Shown here in pieces: positions 54,562 to 64,000 of a DNA stretch of 64,000 bases. The position numbers and the translations under genes are program-made. Below the pieces are notes generated by a model. That model ran no database searches, had not been told where the DNA came from, and saw nothing but the letters and a program-made list of their open reading frames with translations. Each line of letters starts with the position of its first letter. The stretch's first letter is position 1. Source of the stretch: Bigelowiella natans CCMP2755 (lineage: Eukaryota > Protista > Cercozoa); assembly GCA_000320545.1 (NCBI GenBank), contig ADNK01000140.1, positions 186,001-250,000 on the forward strand, given 5' to 3'.

Positions 54562-55353
54562 GTCATGATGATGCTGATTATCGCTGATATGCGGGAGCTG
54601 CAAGAATCCAAGTCAATCGTGCTGCTGTTAGAGATGCTCCCTGCTGCCGCTATCAGTTGTCTCGGAAGATCATTCGTTATTACATCTCATCAGCGCAATG
54701 AAAATCAATTTCGATATGATGATGATGATGATGATGATGATAATGATGATGAGGGGGCCTACTATGTGCTGCTGCTGCTACTGCCACTACTACCTGTTAT
54801 CACTTTGAGAGTGATCCATCTCACTTCCGTACTGTTGGATGTAGGGCATGCCTGTATCTGCATGCACATATAGATAACCATGCAGGGGTCAGGAAGAGGC
54901 TGATGGATTGCTACTGTGTCGTTAGTATCATTACTACCTCGAATGCCTCATTTTTAATTTTCAGATTTGCCGATTCTCTCACCGGTGTGATGTTTGTGAT
55001 CCTGTGCATGCAGCGCACAGCCTGCAATATCACGTGCGTGCGGGTAAACGGGTAGACGGGTACGTGAGCTCCTCATCGTGTGAGCAAGCTTGAGGCATTC
55101 ACCTTACGACCTCTTCCATAGAGTGTGCGGTCCATGATGCTTTGAAGTACATCGCTTCTAAATCGTTTTGAGGATGGAGAGAAAAAAGAATATTGGGAAA
55201 GAGCGAGTGAGCCCAACAAGGGAGGTTTTTTTTTGCAATTCATGTGAATAAGGCACTCCATCACGTTTGTTTGTAGTAGTTATAGACCTGCTTGGACCAT
55301 ACAAAAGAAATGCACGATCTTCCTATACACATTAAATGAATAATACACACACA

Positions 55354-55392
<39 letters not shown>

Positions 55393-57229
55393 GTGTTAAT
55401 GGTTTTGGAAAACGAGAACAACAGCAAGAAACATAATAGGTGTACTACCGGGTCGTGTATTGTGTGTAACATAAAGTAGTAATCGACCCATGGAACCCCC
55501 CTTGAAGAAGCTATATATTAGGAGTAGGAAATCTTCATGCCAGCAAAAGGAAGGTGGTGATAGATAAGAAGGAAGAGAGATGTGCAATGTTCGCTCAAGC
55601 TTCTTCTTCTTCTTCTTCTTCTTCTTCTCAAGTAGAGGTAATATCATACGATGATTTGAATTACTGACCGGAAAGCATTGACAATCGGCCTTCCACAATG
55701 ACCTCACCCCATGTTCTTTATATATGCACGACGACTCATCAGAAGGATGCAAACATGTACTTACCATTGCTTTTTATTCCCCTCCCCGTCTTGCTCCTTC
55801 TTCCTCCTCCTCCTCCTCTTCTTCTTCTTCTTCTTCTTCTCCTTTCTCTTATTGATATTATACTGGTGATCATTACTTGAGGCTTGAGAGGCGCTTCATA
55901 GCCTTATTGAGGTCACGCATCTCAGGATATAGCAAACCTATCTCACCCACCACGTACTCCTCTCCTTCCTTTGAAGATTGCACCTCCTCATCATCCCCCC
56001 CCCGCTGCTGCATCTGCCGTGATGTTCAAAACAAATCGATTTAATCATGCTGTGAGGCAATAAACAAGGAAATCTATTTAGATCACATCACGACTCGCTT
56101 TCGTTGCGCCTTTATCGTATCGGCGGCCGCTGAGCTTGTCCTTGCATTTCTTCGAGCTGAATGTTCCCCCCGTTTCCCCACACAAAAGATAGCATGGCTC
56201 TCACGATCAAAAGTAGTGTGTTTATGAATCATGCACGTTAGGGAGAGCACCAATGTCGGTAGCGGGGACGAGGAGTTCTCCAGTCCTCTGCCTTGTGAGA
56301 TAGGGTGATAATGAGTCGCTTATTGAGAAGAAGGAAAACCAAGGGAAGGAGAGAAGGAACTGTCGTTCGTGATAACCGCTTTTCATGGTAATGATTCGTT
56401 ACACAGTACTTGTGGTGCTCTGTATTGCATCTCTACATGATGAAGATATCTTTTCTCCCGACCAACCTCCTCCTCCCTATCTCTGCATGTGTATTGCATT
56501 TTTGTCCTTTTGCAGGAAGTAGAATAACATTCTATATATCGATCGTCGTTATTATATCTCTTGCTACTAGTGAGACCTACCGGGAATATCGTCCATGCTT
56601 TGTGTCAGCGAGGGAATGTTTGGAATCAGAATCTTGCCCCTCCCCACTCCCTCCTCTTTCCACTCCACGCGGTGCTTCGAGAAAATCTAATTTCTTTCTT
56701 GTCACCGTATTCTGCAACGATGGCGGCTGCTGCTGCTGTGATGGTGGTGGTGATGGCGTTGGCTTCTTGCTGCTGCCGTAAACTTCATTTAGCATACGAT
56801 CACCAGTAGACCTGCTCTCTCGAAACATGGGAATCCACAAACCACCGTACAGGGAGTCCTCCCGCTCCTTCCCCTCAGGCCTTCCTTCGTATGCACTCTC
56901 CTCGTTGCTATGACGCATCATCGTCACATCTCCGATGCTGCTCCTTCTTGGCTCGTTGTTGTCTTCGAGGAGAAACCAATCTTGGTCCTTTTGAGTAGAG
57001 ATGGGGAAAGGCATGTGTTCGAGAGAAGGAAACGCTATTATATCTGCATAATGTAAATGCGAATGGAATAACCTTTGTTGATATGGCAAGCTTTGGAAGG
57101 AAAACGTCTCCTTCCTTCAGCTGTATGAGAGACTCCGTTAAGAAAACAGAGAAGGGATACTTTTCTATTCACTCCTACCATGAGGCCTGTTGCGCGGTCG
57201 TGCCAGCTCCTGCTGTATCTCATTTCCAC
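53965..57229 (-). CDS. Probable multi-exon hypothetical gene; boundaries approximate, possible PH-like C-terminus
   Basis: Coding-like ORF 56577-57089 plus short exons separated by microsatellite-rich introns. The terminal segment AAQEKARDRWVEVLKNV resembles a PH-domain last helix. Confidence 0.35.
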
Positions 57230-57718
57230 ATTGCGATTTGCTTTATACTAATTGGGGAGAGAAGGACATAAAGCTGAGCTTAGCGCTAGATCTGATAAAG
57301 GAGGCAGTATAGCTACTGCAGCGTTAACTTCACCAAATGATGATGATGAGTCTACTTCGTTTGGTTGCAGATCCGACGAGTAATCATCGGCATTTCTTCG
57401 AAGCATGAGAGAAAACTATAATGTGGTACTACTAATTCTTACATCACTTGTAACGCCTCGTATGAAGGCAAGACCTTTACACTCTTCTTCCTAAGCCAAG
57501 TCTGCGCTGAGCCATTCCCCCCTTGATTTATCGCGTCTTCCTTCTCGTTCTCACTTTCAAAAAAATTCTAAGTACGACACATATCCGCACGAAATAGAAG
57601 ATTAAATCGAGGATCAGCTACCTCGTACGGGGAACCTCATTGCCCATCGTTCCTCCGTAGGTCCAAGGTTTTTTGGTAGTGGCTCGCGTTAGGGAAATGA
57701 GGCAGTGATAGTACTATC

Positions 57719-57866
57719 TGCATTTCGACTAGAGCGACAAACCGATGTTGCTCCGAGAAAAGGTTTACTACCTGCATTCCAACTAGAGCGACAATCTGAT
57801 GTTGCTCCAAGAAAAGGTGTACTACATGCATTCCGACTAGAGCGACAACCGATGTTGCTCCGAGGA
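57719..57866 (+). repeat. 54-bp minisatellite, about 2.7 copies
   Basis: Unit TGCATT(T/C)C(G/A)ACTAGAGCGACAA..GATGTTGCTCC(G/A)AG repeats at ~57719, ~57773 and ~57827; the third copy has a 1-nt deletion. Confidence 0.85.
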
Positions 57867-58023
57867 AGAAAGATTGCCCGTCGATGATCCAAACAACTTA
57901 GGCGAATCTGACCAGAGTGTTGTCGTAGCACAAAAATCCCCGTTGTTTTGGGATATGCGACTGCTACTACAACTACTACTGAATCTTACTAGAAATCGAC
58001 AGGGCACAGACAACAGACAGATC

Positions 58024-58283
58024 ATGCGGACTGCAGCGGTAGGAGGGGTACGGCTATGCAACAGATGCTCACGCCCAGGCCCCTTGCGATGGCGACCCAG
58101 CGGCGGATCCAAGTCGCTATTACAGAGACGAGCTCTTTCAAGTCAGCCTGACTACGAAGAGTTCCTCCGCCCACATGCTAAGGTACTTGTGATTCGCGCA
58201 AACAGCGTTGGTGGAAAATGCTGCTTGTTTTGCTACAACATCCCAGTGTTTCACAACTTGTAGGTTTTTAGCATACCTTTGAA

Positions 58284-58323
<40 letters not shown>

Positions 58324-59226
58324 AATTACAGCGCCGTGAAGCATCCCCAATTCGCGCTCTCACACCTCTGCTCAAGATTCCAGGCATGATAAGTCTTGGA
58401 GGAGGTAAGGGAAAGTGCGAGCTCACCCGTAGCATCTGTGCTTTGACCAGTTGCAACAATGATCAGGCCTTCCGAACCCGGAGCTATTTCCATTTAAAAG
58501 CCTCGACTTTGAACTCGAAGATGCGAAATTATCTCTCACTCCGGTAGTTGCATACGTCCACGATTGTGACTACTGGGTATGAAATGCTTCGAATCTTCTG
58601 TGACTATACCTTTTTAGACGGAGCTTAAAGATGCTCTTCAGTATTCTAATACCCCAGGCCTACCATCTTTACTGGTTCCAAAGCAGAAATTTCGCAGCAA
58701 TACACACTCGGATTGTATTGACTTCTTGGTGCTGTTGCTCTTGTAGGACTTCATGACGGAGCTGCAGGCCAGAGAACATAAGAAAGAGGTGAGAAGCACA
58801 ACATTACAAAGATATTTAAAAGCTGATTGTGGCGACTCAATGTCTCATAAATAATGATAACAGAAAACCTCTGAATGGTCGATTTGTGTGCAAACGGGAT
58901 CCCAGGAAGGAATAGCCAAGGTTGCATGAACTACAGAAGCAAGATATATGAGGAGCGGGGCGAAGGACCGCTTTATCTTAATATGATATACACCCCACGT
59001 ACTCAGGCTGTGGACATGCTAATCGGGCCAGAAGACACTGTTCTTGTGGTAAGAAGGAAAAATATTTTAGGAAAGGGCATTTGAGCTTGTTAGGGAATAG
59101 CATACTTCGCTGGGCTGCTTTTTTGTGTTGGTGCGGTAGAGAACTAACCTCGAGTGATACATAGGATGACCCAACATATGCGGGAACATTAGCTCTGATG
59201 CGTCCGATTGGCTGCACGCTGGTTTG

Positions 59227-59262
<36 letters not shown>

Positions 59263-61328
59263 CAGAGAGAGACAGAGACGGAGAGAAAGTGCGAGAGAGA
59301 GAGAGAGAGGCAGAGAGAGACAGAGACGGAGAGAAAGTGCGAGAGAGAAGGATTCCAATTCCCCTTATCCTTCACTGTTTCCATTGAGTATTGATGGCTG
59401 GATATCGTATTATTATTCTCATATTTTCAGGAAGGAATAGCATGCGATGGTGAAGGAATGATACCTGAGAATCTACAGTATGTACCACTGAACAATTCTG
59501 CTAGATGTTATCATCCCTCGTCTTTGTCATCATCATCATCATCACCACCACCACCATCCTTGCCATTTCCATGTCGTAGACGAAATATACATACAATAAT
59601 CTCAATTATCTACGTGATGACGACTGTGATGCTTGTAGATCAAAGCTGGAGGAATTGAAGGCCAAAGGGATAAGGCCACGTGTTGTCTACACGGTGATGA
59701 CTAGCCATGCTCATCATCATCATCATCATTATCACCATCATCACCATCATTCCCCACATCAACATGAATCAAGCTCTCACCCTACCTCTACCTTTCTTAC
59801 GTATTAATCTTCGCGCAGTACTATTTTCTCTCCCTCGTGAACGTTTCGTCTACGAGTTAGAGAAATCATAAATATATCCTCAAAACTACCGACAACATCT
59901 TTGTCGACTGGCTTTCTATGATGAAAATATATGGTCTCGTTCGTTTGAGAAGCACCTGTCGCGTCCTTGTAACGGGGGACTTAAACACGACGGGATCGTT
60001 GTGAAACCAACAATGACCTACTGAGATTGCCGCAGACATAAATGTTATCGAAGAAGAAGAAGAAGAAGAAGAAGAAGAAGAATAAGAAGAAGAAGGAGAG
60101 AAATACGAAGGGCACAAGTTCCACATTAAGCGCTGAAGCAACTAGTTGTCGTCATCGTCGATTATCATCAAAATGATCGGTGTTTCCGTGATGACGCCTC
60201 TGCCCACAACTTTCAATCCCCCCCCCCTCCCTCTCTTTATAGGTGCCCACGGGCCAGAACCCTTCGGGCAGCACCGCGACAGAGGCTAGGAAAGAACAGA
60301 TATACAAGGTTTCTTGTTGTTGCTGCTGCTATTAACTGTCGCTGCTTATGCAGCAAATGCCGAGTGCAAACTTCAAGCGAACATGAACGCATGTTCCCTT
60401 TGAACAACGGCGACCAATGATAAGGACCCTGGAGGATTATTAACGAGCTCAAGCCTACTTTTTTCCTTTTTTCTCTCTCTCATTGATCATTTGTGCTAAG
60501 TCGTACTGCTTTCCCATGCCCTACCCACTCTACTACTACTACTACTACTCCCACTACTACTGCTACTCCCGTCTACTACTTACAGATCGCATGCGAATGG
60601 AACCTGCTCATCATGGAAGATGACCCCTACAGGTTTGGTTGTTACAGAAGGGGTTTCAATTGCTGCTTCGATGCCACGTTCTGCTTCCGCTCAAATCAAA
60701 TACATATTCTATGGTTTTTTGATGAAATTGAATTGCGGCTATTTACTATTACCACCTTCGCTACTACGAAACTAACAGATTTCTTCATTATGGGACGGAT
60801 CCTCATCCTAAGTATGACACCGACAAGAAACACACTGATATCTGCAACACACAGGCATCATGATAGAATGATGTTTGGTTTCGAATCATATCGTTATACG
60901 CTATTATGTGCTTTCCTTCCACATCACAACCGTAAAAGGATGCAATGGCATCGTTTAATCTCATCATCATCATCATCATCATCATCATCAGGGAAACCGA
61001 CATTTCGGATTGGAACCGCCCTGACTCAAGATCTCTCTTTTCCATGGATACAGAGGCACTCTCTTCTAACACCCTTTTCTTATCTCCCAACACTCCCCCT
61101 CTTTGTAGCAAGCACCTCTTCATGCTCAAATTATAGTTTTACTTTTAGGGTCGGGTGATGCGATTTGACTCGTTGTCCAAAATCCTTTCCTCGGTATATA
61201 GAAAAAGTTATATCTTCTATACAAGAGTTGGCACGTTGAATGAATTCTTCTCGGTTATTGCTACTACTGTTTATGTTATCAGGGTTTGCGTCTGGGTTGT
61301 GTTACTGGACCCACGGTATTACGTGATA

Positions 61329-61394
<66 letters not shown>

Positions 61395-61462
61395 TGATGA
61401 TTCTAGTTATTGCTTCACATCGGAGGAGGATCTCTCCTCTTTCTCTGGACAAACACGCTCAT

Positions 61463-61514
<52 letters not shown>

Positions 61515-62126
61515 GCAGGCTCTGGTGGACCGGATAAATCTTCACACGCAGGTACGTGGTACACCACGAATATCATTGATCGATACATGGGGGTGAATTT
61601 CTTCTCTTTCTTCTTTTTCTTCTTCTTCTCCTTCATTACTCACCATCATGATCGGTCGTCTCCCCCTCCCCCCCTTATTGATTTCCACTCACCAGGCTTC
61701 CAATCTTCATCCATCGGGCGTAAGTCAGGCTCTCTGTGCGAAGCTACTTCATCACTGGGGACAAGATGGATGGGAACGTCACGTCAAAAAGTAGCTGAAT
61801 AGTGTTACTACTTACAGCAATACCGTGTGCGCTGATAATAATGAAGAAGAAAGAGTACGAGAAGGAATGTTTTCCGTTCTACCTTGTTTGGTTTTTAGTT
61901 TCATATCTTTAACTGAATCACAGTTACCTCGCCAAGGATCAATCCCCCTCCCCTCATCTATTTTCTTCCTGCAGGGTGGCTCTATACTACATGAAGAGAA
62001 GAGACGTTTTTGAGGCCTTGGCAAGAAAGTATGTTTAGAGTCCTCGTATAGTAGCATAAGGATTCACAACTGGATTGTGATAGGAAGAGAGTGGGAGATC
62101 ATCATTGTCGCAATTCTTACTGCTAT

Positions 62127-62161
<35 letters not shown>

Positions 62162-62253
62162 GTTTTTCTAATAAATTCTTTAAAGATACCTATCAGCGTA
62201 CGCTGAGTGGACCACACCCAGCGCAGGGATGTTCGTGTGGTAAATATAAATAA

Positions 62254-62298
<45 letters not shown>

Positions 62299-63107
62299 CA
62301 TATTTATACCGTCGTATTGTTGTTGTCGTCATCATACAAGCAGTGTAGGAGCGGGAAGGGCTAGTAGGAGAAACACTTATTCTCAACACGCTTTGATCTA
62401 TACATTATTCAGTTTTATACTCGTTCATTTTAGTTTTTCGTTTCTAGCACTGGTGCTAGCGTAACATTTCCTGTCTTTTTGCGTCATTACTCGTAGGTTC
62501 AAACTTCACGGTATCGACGACACACAGCAATTGATCCAAGAGAAAGTAGAAAAATAATTTAATATACATGCAGCAGGCGTAAGAAAACGCGCCACTAATT
62601 CTAATCGTATCATTTCAATCGTCTTAGGCTCGAGGAGCTAACGTCCTACTTCTCCCTGGGCAGGTATATTTACATGACTGTTGTGAATATTTTATCTTAT
62701 TCCGATGCCCCCTCCTTTCGTCAATAGAAACAGTCCAATAATTTTGAGCGACCAATCAAGTGGGAGAGGGGGCCAGGGGTGTGGCATTCGATATAAATAT
62801 ATGAATGTAAAGTTATAGAGATTATTTTTCTTCCTTTCGTCCGATTTCACATTCTTTCCACATTGAATCCACGTTAGGCTTTCAGTCCCACTAACTCGAA
62901 ATCTGAATACGTACGCGCTGCATTTTCGACGGCCTCTGCAGAAGATATGGAAGAGGTAGTAGCGGTGTTGTTTGCATTTCATCTTTTCATCAACTCGCAT
63001 GATGAATGCAGCCATATCATTTGTCCCTATGTGCCGGGCATGAAAAGCTAAATTGACTCATTCAATAGGCGCTTTCAAGATTTAGCAAGTTGCTGGAAGC
63101 ATCTTAA
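58024..63107 (+). CDS. AADAT: PLP-dependent class I aminotransferase, 2-aminoadipate transaminase / kynurenine aminotransferase II type, probably mitochondrial; about 20 exons
   Basis: Exons: MRTAAVGGVRLCNR...RRALSS (presequence-like) / SPIRALTPLLKIPGMISLGG / GLPNPELFPF / ALQYSNTPGLPSL / TGSQEGIAK / DDPTYAGTL / RPRVVYT / VPTGQNPSG / LLIMEDDPY / GRVMRFDSLSKILSS (PLP lysine) / GLRLG / PSAGMFVW / VLLLPGQ / AF...YVRAAFS / ALSRFSKLLEAS*. Confidence 0.9.
59232..59349 (+). repeat. Compound (GA)n microsatellite with a duplicated ~48-bp unit, intronic
   Basis: GGCAGAGAGAGACAGAGACGGAGAGAAAGTGCGAGAGAGA occurs twice within a GA tract. Confidence 0.85.
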
Positions 63108-63610
63108 CTTGCAGCTCTGTTTCTACCCAACGTCTTTGTTGATGTGGCAAAGTCACACATGCGCTGTGCTGCAAGATGTCATCTCGTGGACAGGAATACA
63201 TTCGGCATTTGTGGGCCAATGAAAGCGCAATTTGCATTCTCTCACATGTCATTCTAGAATCGAATGCATTGCTCCTGCACTCCAAATGAATTGAGACAAG
63301 GTGTCGACTTGTCTTCTTGCTCACGCAATGCAAGCAAGCAAGCTGAACTGACCGCTCATGCACGCACAGAACGTTGATCAAGTTTCATTCTCAGCTGAGT
63401 CGTGTGCACACCAGCTCGATTGACCCCATGCACGTTCGTTGCCAGTGCCGCACCCGCTCGCTGCCATCAGAGTCCAACTCTGTGTGACATGCGTGATCTA
63501 GCAATCACCATTGTCGCAGTGTGCAATTGATTCACGCAAGCCTGCGGCTGTGAACATGCACGTGGAAGTTCTCCGAACTTCCGAGAAGTTTCGAGAAGCT
63601 TCCTTTGCGA

Positions 63611-63699
63611 CAAACAATGAAACAATGAAACAATGATGATGAACTGCGATTCCAAAACGTTGCAAGGGGTTGCAGTGTGCAAAACGCAGTGCCTCGAAG
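63611..63699 (-). repeat. Dispersed repeat copy D
   Basis: Its reverse complement is nearly identical to 37956-38044, including the CAGTTCATCATCATTGTTTCATTGTTTCATTGTTT tail. Confidence 0.88.
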
Positions 63700-63727
63700 T
63701 GGCTTTGGTGAGGTTCAATCTGATCAG

Positions 63728-64000
63728 GAACTTCCTGAAGGCCACATCCACTTGACGGAAGGTGGTCAGTCTCGGCCCCGGTCGCGATCTCTGTCCCTGT
63801 GCTCTCGATCGCGATCGCGATCCCTGTCCCCATCCCGTGCACGATTCCATTCGGAACATCCTCGGCCATCTTTTCTCCAGATGCATCCTCCATTCCTGGT
63901 TTCACTTTCTGAAGTCTGAGTGGGCATGAACTTCCTGAAGGCTGCGTCCGTTCGACGGAAGACGATCACGGTTCAATTGTCACGGTCTCAGGTCGCGATC
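63728..64000. repeat. Diverged direct repeat with ~200-bp period, probably a decayed coding or mobile remnant running off the window
   Basis: GAACTTCCTGAAGGC....TCC....GACGGAAG at ~63728 and ~63928, each followed by GGTCGCGATC. The minus strand shows RD-dipeptide runs interrupted by stops. Confidence 0.6.

Noticed and set aside
57719-57866. CRISPR-like array (also considered for 38290-38525)
   Set aside because: The units are contiguous or dispersed diverged repeats without unique spacers, there are no cas genes, and the context is eukaryotic.

Overview
Nuclear DNA from an intron-rich unicellular eukaryote. The short GT-AG introns packed with microsatellites recall chlorarachniophyte-type protist genomes, but the species cannot be determined from the sequence. 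Recognisable multi-exon genes are a cNMP-binding-domain protein, a tubulin-tyrosine-ligase-family protein, BCKDH E1-beta, a KY/Cyk3-like transglutaminase-fold protein, POP1, a large chromatin-type protein and a 2-aminoadipate/kynurenine aminotransferase. Two intron-poor genes have odd architectures: DUF4258-like + vWA + the start of an alpha-kinase, and Zn2Cys6 + ankyrin + AT-hook + kinase. An intact, very young Ty3/Gypsy LTR retrotransposon lies at 32236-37951 (326-bp LTRs that read as identical, TTGT target-site duplication, single 1657-aa ORF). Two observations stand out. (1) Repeat and intergenic DNA appears to have been stripped of TpA dinucleotides, with TA converted to CA or TG and only CTAG surviving. 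This is the mirror image of fungal RIP, and comparisons between paralogous copies inside the window support it. (2) The Gypsy element sits inside such a TpA-free domain and ends in a degenerate DIRS/Dam-type adenine-methyltransferase-like domain, where chromoviruses carry a chromodomain. All homology calls are by-eye motif recognition and all counts are manual; no searches were run.
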